A stretch of DNA of 64,000 bases from Vicugna vicugna. Taxonomy: Eukaryota. Every line of letters begins with the position of its first letter. The first letter of the stretch is position 1. A model generated the notes under the pieces. It did no database searches. It was not told the origin of the DNA and saw nothing but the letters and a program-made list of their open reading frames with translations. Positions 36,119-48,100 of this stretch are shown piece by piece. The stretch lies in contig MU058687.1 in NCBI GenBank assembly GCA_013265495.1, positions 3,966,093-4,030,092 on the forward strand, written 5' to 3'. The position numbers and the translations under genes were made by a program.

Positions 36119-38618
36119 GAGTGTCAGGAGTAAGCCCCACAGCATCTTGTAACGTTCAGCTGATACTGACTGGGGCTTCCTCCGTCCGTATAGCTCTGCA
36201 CCGGCTTTAGACAGAGACCTCCTTGCACAGCAGTAGACCAGCTGAGGAGCTTGGTATTTGGTCTGGCCTGAATGCTGATCCACAGGTACGTGAGAGCTGG
36301 AGAAATGATTGTAGCCGAGCAGTCACATCTGAAAGTTCAGCAGCCACAGTTATATCAGGTAAGATGGGAGGCTAAATGTGTGGCAGATATTTGACCCAGG
36401 CACACCTCCAACACTCTGAATTTCAGCAGATTCTCTCCCATGAACATCTCTGATTTTGCTCCACTCACTGAAAGTTCTGCCTCTGTGAAGACTTTTCAGT
36501 GTCTTCGTTGATCTGTTGTATCCAACTTCCTGATCACGCTTGTCCCTCCAAAGCAATCCTGGGAGCCTGTGCTAAGCCCGCTTTCTCCCAAAGGACACTC
36601 TGAAAGCCTGGTGCCACTGACCAGTCTCGCCCTGCTGCCAGCTCTCATGGCAGCCCAGCGAGGACAGACAGTGACTTCAGACCCAGGAAATCTGCTGTTC
36701 TCGGCCCTGTTTTCATGTAAATGTTGCTGCCAGTAAAGGAGGCAGATGCAGAAAATATCTGCTGTGGAAGCAAAATGCCCTCAGACTAAAGTGTGGTGGG
36801 CTTGTTTCCCTTCTTTCCCTTTTCTTCGAGTTTTCCATGTGGCATCAGCAGCTGAGTAAGGGAAAGCTAGGAGATTGAAGCATGCTGGTGCTCCCTGGGC
36901 CAGATTAATAACCCAGAGCCTTCCAAAGTGGCCATTCTGGGTGAGACAGACTCGCCCAGCGAGCTTTGGGTTGTGGGGAGCACTGGCTAGAAAACCAGAC
37001 TCTAGCAGAAGTGCAAGCAGACAGCAAAGTGATGAGGTGGCAAGCTCTCCGTGCTTCCTCCATGCCCCTACGCCCACCCCCTGCTTGCCTGCTTCTCTCT
37101 CCTCCCATTTTACTGGGCCTGCTTCTGAGATGGCTGCGCACCCGCACCTGGGGCTCCAGCCTCTGCTGCCCTCTGCTGGGGAGAAAGCGTCACAGGGCGT
37201 GACATGGGCTGAGCTCTGCACCAGGAAACCAGCCTCAGTGCAGACCAGGTTCGGTCTGTGGCTACTCTGTGACTGGGCTTGGGGGAGGGCAGAAAGAGTT
37301 AGAAAGTGCGTTGCACCAGAATATTGCCTGAGTGGTCTCAGATGGGCACAGGTATTTGGAATCCAACTCTCAGGGATTCATTGCTTTGAATCTTCTTTGA
37401 GTTCCCTGTTCAAGTGATGCATCCCTGGGGTTGGTGACTCCTGGCTTCTCCTTACCTGAATCAGACATTGTGATTTTGAGGTTTTCCACTGTGGATGATC
37501 TGTAAACACTGTGGGTAACTTTGTTTACCGTGTTAGCTAGACACAAACCTTTCCTGGGGAAGGTAGCAGGGGGAAGTTGAATCTTAAGGGGCTGCAGAAG
37601 GATGGATCTAGAAGTGGTCTTTTGGCTCAAAAGGAGCCATCAGAGAGTGGAGGTTCTGGGGGTCCAGGAGACAGAAAAAGAGTAGGAAGAGCCAGATGAC
37701 AGTAGTGACTGTGGTCCATTATGGGGAGAGAGCGCCCAGGAAGGTAGGTGATGACTGGCCTTTGTCATTTCTCGGCTTTCCCCAGAGCTGGCTGTGCTGG
37801 TAGACTGGGCCCAGCTGGCTGCAGAAGGTAAAGGGACAGGAGGATTCCTGTGTCCAGCAGAGCTGTAGAGCCATCCTGATGCATCTGTGAATCTTCAGCC
37901 TAGAGTACAGCCGAGCCAGACAGGAGCTATGACCTCACTGACCCACAGTAACTCTACTTGAGGGATTTATTTTCCTTCCATGAGCTCCTGCCAAGCCTCT
38001 TGGTTAGAGTTAATGGGGCTCCCCCAGCCAGCGAGTGTCTCCTAGTGCTATGAATAAACAATGCCAGGCAGGAAATAGGTTTCCTGCTCTTAATGGGCTT
38101 GTTAAACCTCTTACTGAGTGGGGTTTAGATGGCTTTATTACGAATAATAATAATAGTAAATAAGTAAGCATTATTATTAGTAGTAGAAAAATTATATCAG
38201 CTCTGACTACCCCTCCCCATTTTAACCTTGCCAGTCTGCAGGTCCTTTTGCCAACAGTGCCTGGGGATGGGTGGCAAGTGACACTGGGACCAATAATCAG
38301 GGAAAATGGCAGACTCTGTTACCTGAGGCTTTCCAATCCCGAGCCCCTTTGAGCTTTTGTGGTCGGTCCTCCTCCCTGTGCCTTTGATTCGGGGTTCTAG
38401 GCTCTCATCCTCTCTGAGAAGAGAGAACTACAAACTTCGGTCTCTCTCTCTTCATTTTAATTGGGGCTAAAGCCCTGGACAAAGGTTCTGAAGTTAAGTT
38501 TGGGTCTCAATTAGAAGAGATTTTAGAAAGGGGTGGTGGATCCTGGAATAAGCTCAGTTAGAAGTGGGCAAACGCTCCCATCTTACTGTAACTTTCTACG
38601 ACTGTATTGGTTTTCTTT

Positions 38619-38749
38619 TTTGTTTGTTTTTTTGGGGGGAGCAATGAGGTAGTTAGGTTTTTTTTTTTTTTTAATGGTACTGGGGATTGAACTCAGGACT
38701 CCGTGCGTGCTAAAAACGCATTCTACTGCTGAGCTATACCTCCCTGCCG
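38619..38749 (-). mobile_element. tRNA-derived SINE (camelid vic-1 type) with 16-bp TSD
   Basis: Minus strand GGGAGGTATAGCTCAGCAGTAGAATGCG...GTCCTGAGTTCAATCCCCAGTACC plus A-rich tail, with Pol III A and B boxes. Exact TSD TGTATTGGTTTTCTTT at 38603-38618 and 38750-38765. Confidence 0.9.
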
Positions 38750-38969
38750 TGTATTGGTTTTCTTTATACTGATTCTCTTGTTTGACTTTTTGGCATCTTC
38801 TTAAGCAGTATGTCTGTGAAATCATGGGTTTAATGTGTGAGACTTTTTTTTTTTTTAAACCCAGTCCGTATTAAAATGAATACATAACAGCTACATTTTT
38901 AAAAAGTTCATCTGCGTGGCAAATGTATCATAGCCTCAAGGGAAAAACATACTGGAAACACTGCTGTAG

Positions 38970-39150
38970 AGTAGTGGTTCTCAAACTTGAGCAGGCATCA
39001 GAAACACCGGCAGAACTTGATAAAACTGTAGATTGTGGGCCCCCTCCCTCCGAGACTCTGATTCAGCAGGTCTGAGGTGGGACTGATGACTTTGCAATTC
39101 TGACAGTTTCTCAGGAGATGCTGACATCCAGGGACCACACTCTCAGAAGG
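38970..39150. mobile_element. MER5A hAT relic
   Basis: agtggttctcaaacttgagcaggcatcagaa...ctgattcagcaggtctgaggtggg...gggaccacactct. Confidence 0.8.
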
Positions 39151-39241
39151 ACTGGCCGAGAGGACAAGAGCCCCTTCTCCACTTCCGCATAATGTAGGTT
39201 TCCTCATCTGAAAATGGGCATAGTACCTGTTTCAAAGGGTT

Positions 39242-39537
39242 TGTCTTAGTTCATCCAGGCTGAATAACGGAATACCGTAAGCTCAGTGGCTTAAACAGTG
39301 AATGTTTATTTCTCACAGTTCTGGAAGCTGGGAAGTCCCACACCGAGGTGTCCTCACATGGCTGAGGGGAAAGTCATCTCCTCTTGTGTCTCTTATAAGA
39401 GCACTGAATCCATTCATGAGGGCTCACTCTCATGATCTAGTTACCTTCCAGAGGCCCCACCTCTTACCACCATCACATTGTGGTTTGGGATTTCAAAATA
39501 GGAATTTTGAAGGAACACAAACATTCAGTCCCTACCA
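39242..39537 (-). mobile_element. MLT1A-type LTR
   Basis: tgtcttagttcatccaggctg...tttatttctcacagttctggaagctgggaagtcc...acaaacattcagtccctacca. Confidence 0.85.
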
Positions 39538-39893
39538 GTGTTTATCAACATTAAATTGGGTTACCTACCATGTGTAGAATACCTGGCACACAGTGGATGC
39601 TCTGTAAGGTGGCATGATTTTTCCTGGAGCTGTCCTAACCGTTTGGAGTTTTTCTAAGCTTTAGAGCTTTTTATGGTTCAGTGTGAAGCTCAGATAGGAA
39701 ATACAGGGAATTCTGTCAGGTTAATTCTGGTTCTAAGTTCTGGTACTAAATTTAAGCCCATTAGGCAACTCTGGGTGGCCAGGCAGTCCTCCGGCAGCAT
39801 CTGGCCCGGCTTGCATTGTACAGAACCCTGGCACAAAAGGAGAGTGGGGTCCTTATTCCTCTGTGTCCGGCCAAGAGCTGCGTTGAGGGCTGC

Positions 39894-40469
39894 GGAGCAG
39901 AGCTGAGTGGGGGTGGATCCTTGCTGTGCTTCCTGTATTCTGAGGGATAGGCAGACAGAGGATAGGAAGTGATTTTTTTTGAGGCTGTCTAGTAGTTGAG
40001 CCCCTTTCTGTGTTTGAAGAGTTTGCTGGTGCAAATCTGAAAGAGAGATGGGACCCTCATTCTGTGACTGCAGCCCTAAGGCCTGGTTTCACCTCCCGCA
40101 GCCTCAGAATGCCGTGCGAGCCAGGCTCAGTTGGCAGGAGGAAGAACTCACTCTGGGAAGGGGAGTGGGGGGGTGGGGGCAGGAGCAGAGCTGAGTGGGG
40201 GTGGATCCTTGCTGTGCTTCCTGTATTCTGAGGGATAGGCAGACAGAGGATAGGAAGTGATTTTTTTTGAGGCTGTCTAGTAGTTGAGCCCCTTTCTGTG
40301 TTTGAAGAGTTTGCTGGTGCAAATCTGAAAGAGAGATGGGACCCTCATTCTGTGACTGCAGCCCTAAGGCCTGGTTTCACCTCCCGCAGCCTCAGAATGC
40401 CGTGCGAGCCAGGCTCAGTTGGCAGGAGGAAGAACTCACTCTGGTAATGGGGGTGGGGGGGTGGGGGCA
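39894..40469. repeat. Tandem duplication, 2 x 288 bp
   Basis: Copies 39894-40181 and 40182-40469 are identical except for 3 substitutions in the terminal G-rich run. Confidence 0.97.
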
Positions 40470-43400
40470 GCAGTGCCAGCAGCAGGGAAGCCCCCCAGGC
40501 TGCTCCTGGGATGTCATCCTTGTTGCTGTGGCAACCTCCTGACATTTCTGCTCATCTTCCATGTGTGGTTCTCAACTTCTTTCATCAAACCCACTTCCAC
40601 TTCACTCAGTAAATGAGCCGATGGTGGGTTGTAGAGCCGTAAAGTGGCTGTTTTACAAATAGCTGACCACCGTCTGGAGCATGAGTTGGAGGACAATGAG
40701 TCAAGGTGAGGAGACAGGTGAGGAGGTAGTTATCTGGTGAACTGAGGGTGGAGATGAGAGAGAAAGAAATGTTTAGGAGGTAAAATTGACCAAATCTGAT
40801 GACTGGAGGCCTGATTTTATCTTTGAACTTAGAAGACAAAAAGTGAATTTTCGGTTTTGTGTGCGTTGTAAGTTGCCTTTGGGGGATAAGTAGTCATTTT
40901 GTTGGCAAGATAGATACCCCCAAATGGGTGAGGAAACAAGATAAAAGGTTATTGAACAGCACTGTGTTTGGAGGACAGCTTGGCTGTGTTCATCTCCATT
41001 TCAAACCTTTTCAACTCAACTGAGCATTTACTAGATGTTAGACATTGATAGTTATTTAAGAATGCCATTTCTGTTGATTTTGGTGTTGAAAAGGGGTGGA
41101 TGTATAGAGGGAAAAGCCGCACACGATCTTGCACAAACACCCGAACCATCGTCACACAATGCAGAGAGCGTGCATGAGTTGGTCTTGAGATTCCCTCCAG
41201 GGCCCAAATGAACCCACGTGGAATCCGTGCTAGAACAGGGTAGGCTCTTAGCTGCTTTTGTAAACCTTCTCTCTCCTGTCTTCTCACAGGTAACCCCCCT
41301 GAGTTATCACTGCCCTGTGAGTTGAAGGGTTCACAGTGAAGTGCTCCTTATGTTGAATGGATATATGCACTGTCAGAGCTACGCACTTGCTCCTGGGCGT
41401 GTGTTTGTTGGGAAGCTGCCACCACTGTCTCCCCCGCTCTTTGAAAGAGGCGATGGGGAGCTCCAGAGCACCAGCTGTTTACACACCTAGCTCCTGCCTG
41501 CTTTTTCAAAGCTCTTTGTTCAAGTGTCAGTACTCGTTTGTAAAACATGAACAGAGTTGAGTGGAAAAAGTAATTATAGTTCACATCTGGTGTTGCTACT
41601 GACACGGTACTGAGCTGCCCGACCGTACGGCTCTCTTGTCGCTTCTCTCGTTCTGTCTTTTTGGTTTCAGGCTCACCCTCCCTCTCCCTCCTTTCATATT
41701 TGCTCTTTTGTGTGTCAGAGAGACGCACACATGAAAGGTAGCTGGCTTCTCATCGCTACCAGGTAGCCTGGTCTAGAGAACCTGCTCCCCTTTCATGTGT
41801 CAAGATGCCAGAGCCCTGGCTGGCTGCACAGCTGTCTCTGATGTGTGCAGTTCCCGTGCCGGGATGGGCTCTCCTCTGAATCTAGATCTGAAACCAAACC
41901 TTCCCTTGGATCAGACTAATCCAGGAGCTTTACATGGTTATTTTAGACTGTGGAGACTTTTAATCTCCTTAAAGGACATGTTTGCTATTTGGATGCTATT
42001 AATTTCTCTCTCTACATATAATGATATGATGTATCAGGACTTGGTGACAGGTACATCCACACCTACATAGCCTCAGATCATTAGCAGCTATCTTCCTGTG
42101 GTCACAATTCTACCATTGGTGGTGGAAGGTAGCCTAGATAGTCTAACTTTCCAGTTTCAAAATAATATTTAAAAATTAATCGTGGTGAACAACAAGGTAT
42201 TGCCAACTAAGGGTCATTTTAAAAAGAAGTCTAACCAGCTATTATTACCATTGTATCATAAGAGAAAGGGACATTTTAACTCCAAAATGTAGGAAAGACA
42301 ATCTTTCAGTATAAAGGAATGTGCTTTATATTGAATAAATGAAGGTTTATTTTAAAAAATCTGATCTCTCTTTGAGAGGAAGAAGACTCTTTCTTGAAAT
42401 AGTAGAAGTGATGCCATGTGGCTTCCCGGAAGTGGGGAAGGGGCAGCAAGAGAATATCTCCTTTTTCTAGTATTTTCAGTAACTTCTGGTGCAGTGCGAG
42501 GCATCTGGTGGCCCAGACTGTTTCATCTCCCTTGCTGACTGCTTCTCGGTTCCTTCAACCTTTGGTGTTTAGTCATTTGTTTGCCAGGAATTATCTTACA
42601 CAGTTTGCTGTCATTTTATGTTTATTCATTCAGTTCAGTGAACCTTTACACACAGACATGTATATTTTTTTATTTTTTAAACATATGAAATACTTTTCAT
42701 TTTGATTTTGGTTTTCTTATTGGTAAAAAAAATATGATTTCTCTTTTTTTAGGATTGCTATGATTGTAATTAATGTGACCTCTATAAAATGTTATTTACT
42801 ACATAATAATGACTCATGCTTTAATTAATATAATTAATGTTATTGGCCACGTGCTATTATTACATAGGAAAATGCTAGGGAAGAAGGGTTGGCAGATACA
42901 TAGTAAGTTCAGTTTGCGGTGTAGCAAGTTCGAAATTATAGCAGAACTTCCAGATGATGTCACATCCAGATTTTCCTCTCTCCTGACTAGAGTTTGCACT
43001 TTTGCCATCAGAGGCTATGCTTTTTCTGCTTTCTTCCTCCCCAGAGATGTGTGATGTGATGAACACATCGTGGATTGTGAATGAATGCGTGTTGGTTACT
43101 TTAGGAACCATGTAGATGGCGGTGGGTGAAAATTTCCAGGAAGCAAGGCAGTTGAGAATTGGTGATCAGTAAGTGATTATGGGATAGTAATACAGTAGAC
43201 TCCTGGCAGGGGCAGGGGAGTGCAGTTGAGGGTTTCCAAGGGTGACTATGAAATGGGAGATGAAAAATGACTACCTGAATGATACAGCTTTTTTTAAAAA
43301 AAAGTCTATTTTGTAATGGATCATTCTGAAGGTCACTAATGACTTAGGAGTCAGAAAATCACTGTATGGTTTAAATAGGACAAACTATTTGGCTACAGCA

Positions 43401-44757
43401 CTTCACCTCTGGGTATTCAAAGAGGTCTATTCATGCAAAGTGATTAATTCATTCAACAATTATTTATTGAACACCTACTATGTGTGAGGATTATTCTAGG
43501 TGTTGGGAATATAGCAGTGGATAAAATAAAAATTCCCACCCTTAGGGAACTTATATTACAATAGAGAGTGATAGGCAATCAACAAAATACATAAATATAC
43601 CATATTCTGGATGTTGATGAGGGCTCTGAGGAAAAATTAAACAAAAAAGAGGTAGGGCAGTCCAGGGTGGTGGTGGTGGTGATGACTTCAGGGTTAAGTA
43701 GGATAAAGAAGAAGACAAGGGTAGACAGGCAGCCCCGGTGCCGTGTAGTTTTCCAGGGGCCAAAGCAAGATGCTGAGGAAGCGAGAGGCCTCAGATTCTC
43801 CGAGTGCAATCTGACTTTGCATCCCAATTAACAGTGACAGCTTACTGCTTTAAAATAGGAAATAAAGTGGAAGGAAAGCAAATGCTTGATAGTTGACCTG
43901 ACATTCACTGTTGCAAGATTGGGAACGTACAATAAATGTCACTGATGGAGCAATATTCATGAAGTAAAAATGTCAGTTTTCAATTTGGCATGAGGATGGT
44001 CTGACATATATTAGTTGTGCACAGAGTATTATCATAATTAATGCATTAATAATGCAGCTGTCCTTTTCCTCCCCATCCCAAACTAAAAAGGAGGAAAAGA
44101 AATGCAGAGAGTCAGGTGAAAGAGCAGCTCTCCTGAGCAGACCTTCTCTGCTGCATTTTCCTCTTCCCTCCATCTCTGTGGCATTGGCTTCTGATTGGTG
44201 TCAGTCCAGATGTATCCATCTTCATCCATCCCTCACGTTTCCATGAACACCACCAGTGGCCTTGTCTGCTGGGGTCTTTCTTCTTAATTTTCAACAGCAC
44301 TTTAAAAAATATTTCCAAAGATACACATGTTTATTGTAGAAATGGCCTATAAACTAAGTCAGGAATATAAAAGTCACCCATAAGCATACCACCCAGAGAA
44401 AACGACTACTAGTAGTTTGATGTTTATGCTTCAGTCTTTTTTTTTCCTAATTATACATATTTACAAATATGGGACCATTCTGTGTATAGTTTGGTGATCA
44501 ACTTAATACACAATACACTTTTTTTCATCTTAGTAATTGCTTTTCTACAACACCTAATGGCTGGGTGGTATTTTATTATATAGATGTAGCATGATACAGT
44601 TAACTAATCCCTCTTGTTGTCATGTAAATAGTTTCCATACTTTCTATGTTTTAAACAATGTGGTGATGAGCATACATGTAGCCAAATCTTTGTACATATC
44701 GATGGTGACTTATTTTGGGACAGATTCTTAGATAAGGAGCTGATGGAAGTATTCCTT

Positions 44758-45180
44758 ACCTATTGCTGCAGTAATGCTGCGAAACAAAACCTCTGTGGCA
44801 CACACAATAATCATTATGTTCACTTGACTGGGATCAGTTGGGGGTCCTATGGCTGGCTCTGCTGGTCTCCGCTGGGCCTGATCTCATGCCTGGACATCAG
44901 TTTTCTGGCTGTCAGCTGATCTAGGCTGTCTGGGGCTGGGTGACTGGGGGAACTTGGCTCTGTTCCATTGTTCCTCATTCTCCAACAGGCTGGCCTAAAC
45001 TTGTCCTCATGTCATCGACAGAGACATAGCAAGCTCATTCTTACACATGATTTTCAAGTTTCTGCTTATATCACATTTATGAACATCACAAAACAAGTCA
45101 TGTGACTGACCCCATTTCTGTCCTACTCACAGCTGAAGGGTCCTGCAGAGTTACATGGCAAAGTCATGGACTCAGGAAGG
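44758..45180 (-). mobile_element. MLT1 LTR nested in an old L1 fragment (~44290-45300)
   Basis: tattgctgcagtaatgctgc...ggctggctctgctggtctc...aagtcatgtgactg...gcagagttacatggcaaag; L1-like sequence lies on both sides. Confidence 0.65.
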
Positions 45181-48100
45181 ATGAACAAGCTCCCCCTACT
45201 GGGTGAAAAGCGTCCTTATTTTTAAAGCTTGAGATAGATGTTTCCAAATTGCTCTTCAGAAAGCCTGAACCAACCCCACTAATGGTGTAAGAGACTTCGC
45301 AGTTTTTCAGTTCTCTTTTCTCTTGTTGATTCTGCGAGTGCTTTATGGCTCTCCATCTTGGCTTTTTGACTGGCATCTCTGCCTGTCCTCTGGGATGCAC
45401 ACTGTCTTTACTTGCTGATTCCTTCCCTGCAGAGTGACCCCAGAGCTGCCCTAGTCTCTGGTCTGCTCATCCTCTTCATCTGGTCTCCTGCCCACTTAAC
45501 CTTGTACCTGGGCGGACCACCTCTCACCTTCTGGAAAATTCAGTGACCCATAAGAGCCCTTTCCCCAACAGTTGGAGTAGCAGGCATTTACTGCATGTCT
45601 TTCAACTCCACCACCTACACTGACAGTAGGGCGATTGTTAGTCATCATTATTTCCAGAATCTCAGAAATTTTTAGGGCCAGAAAAAAAGCTAAAAATTCA
45701 GTCTTTTTTTTAATACAGTATTGTTCGAAGGATATAGCTGTTAATGTGTGTGGATAAAGACATGGATGTAGGTAAAAAATTTGCCTGGAGAAAAGGCTGG
45801 AAAGAATTAACCACTGTTAATATTTTAATATATATCCATATAGGGGAATTATGTGTAAATTAAAAAAAAACTTTACCATTGTATACAGCAACTGAGAGTC
45901 AGAGGAGTTAAATGATTTGCCTCCTATCCTGCAGATAAGTAATAGCTAGCTGTGACTGCAACCCGGTTCTGCTGATTCCTGGTTTAATGCTCCCTCGAGA
46001 TAATACTTCAGCACGAACTCTGGGACCCAGCTGTGTTTTGTTGGATTGTTTGTTTCCGAGCAGCATTGGTGGTTTGGTTTGGTTTGGTTTGGTTTCATAG
46101 GAGTGCTTTGCTTTTTGAGGGTTCACAGGGAAATTAAGAATACTTAAATTTGACTGAGTCCTCTAAGCCAGCTATGTGAATGTCATGTACTTATACATAT
46201 AAAGTCTGGGTGCATAAATTATCATGGCTTCAAAATTTGACAGATGATTCAGGTAAATAGTAGATTTTATCTGTGAAATCAAATTAAGGCTCCCAAGCAG
46301 ATGCATCCTGAATTCTGGGGATCTGATTTATCATAGGTATCACATGGGCTCTGTGCAGTTATATTAACTATTTAGTATATACAAAAGGTATTCTCTGCAG
46401 TTTAGAGTAGAATCAGTTAACCATTTTAGGGACATCTCACTTGGTTAGATGGATTAAATTTCCTTCTGTGAGCCACCTGAGGCTGGATCACTGTGATGGA
46501 GTGTTCCTCTGCAGAGCTCACCTTCACTAGAAGGACTCAGAGAAACTGGGGATTTGTTGGGAGACCAGGACCTGGACCTCTGTCCATGGGAATGATGGGC
46601 TGGCCTGCAGGGAAATGAGTCTTTGATTTATTTCCTGCTTGCCCTGTGCCTTATTTCCCTTTCATCCAGGCTCTGTTTCTGGGATATCCAGAAAGAACAA
46701 GAATACTTCATTTGTTCCTCTGGAGAGTAAGGATTGACTCAAATATTCCTGTGGTGATGAAGAAGAGAGAAACGTACTTTGAAGAGCCCTGGACTTGGAA
46801 AATACTGGAGAGATGTTGGTGTCTTGAATGTATTGTTCTGATCCAAAGCCAGATGTTAAATTGAGGCATTTGGGACTTGGAAACATGTCATGGTTGCTAA
46901 ATCAGTACGTTTTACCCACTTAGGGCTTTCTGTAAGCCTTCTTGGATCATAGAGGGTACAGATACTCAGAAGTGGACACAAACCAGTGGGAACAAAGAGA
47001 CTGGGATCTGAGGCTGATTCATCAAGCAATGACAGGAGGAAGCCAAGCCCCTAAAAATAAGTGTCCATAGGTTCCCTTCCATAGTGCTTCCATGGTGTTT
47101 GTTTTCCTTCGTCCCAGTTGGCTTGCAGACAGAGACTGCCCTGGATGCTGAGTTTTTGCAAGTGCAGGGAGAACTGACAGCCTGCTATAGAATTCAGATG
47201 GGCACTTCAGCCAGGCGGTGAGGGTCTGGGTCTTCTGTGCCTAGATGGACTCCAGCAACCCGTGATTGTTTAGGGTGGGATATTACAGCTGTCTCTATTA
47301 GCCCAGAGTCCCGTATGTACCCAGACACGTGCTCTCTTGGCCTGCACATGGGCACCTGGGCTCCTTCTACCAGTGTGCCTTACTTAAGAATATCTTGGAT
47401 TTACCCTAAGATAGTGGTTGACTGCTTCTTGATGGCAAAAATGCTCAGTTAGAGCCAGTTTAGACAAGAATGCCACTAGAACTGAATTAATAGATTTTGA
47501 TAAAACCGGTTCAGTTAATACCTCCCTTAGGGTGAAGTACAGCCTTCTCTGCTTCACTTCTCTAGCTAAGAAAATCACCAGCCCCACTTCCAGCCTGTGT
47601 TCAGACTCAGATTAAACTGTTAGGAAGTGTTTAAGACCACAGTGAGATCCACATGGCTACTAACTGATGTGTGATTAAGACACTCGTTGGGAGGGATGGT
47701 GGTGGAAGGGTGAGTAAAACAGGACGTGATCGAGGCAAGGGACAAGGAGATGAGCTGGAGGCACAGGGCGGTGTGAGGAGAGAGCCAGCAGCTGGGCCCC
47801 TCACCTGCCTGCTCAGGGTCGACTCAGTGGCCCCACAGTGTCTCTGCTCCGTGATCGCAGTTCTCTAGAAGAGAGGACTAATGAGGCCAGGGTGGGAGCA
47901 TGAACACTCCCCTGAATTGTTTCATTTGATTAAGCCTCACAGTCTGTTTGCACCTTCACCTGCAGCTCTGGCTGCAAAATAACTAGCATGCGGCATGAGA
48001 AAGCACTTGAGTGACAGCAGTGCCCATTTGTCAAAAAGTTCTTCAAAGTTAATCCCAGCTTCTTCCTTAACCTCTCTATGCCTGTTTATTCTTTTGAAAA

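Noticed and set aside
36781..37417. Overlapping 146- and 180-aa ORFs
   Set aside because: Moderately GC-rich region with ORFs on both strands, no domain and no supporting splice signals.
38660..38745. tRNA-like sequence
   Set aside because: The A-rich tail, TSD and degenerate stems indicate a SINE, not a tRNA gene.
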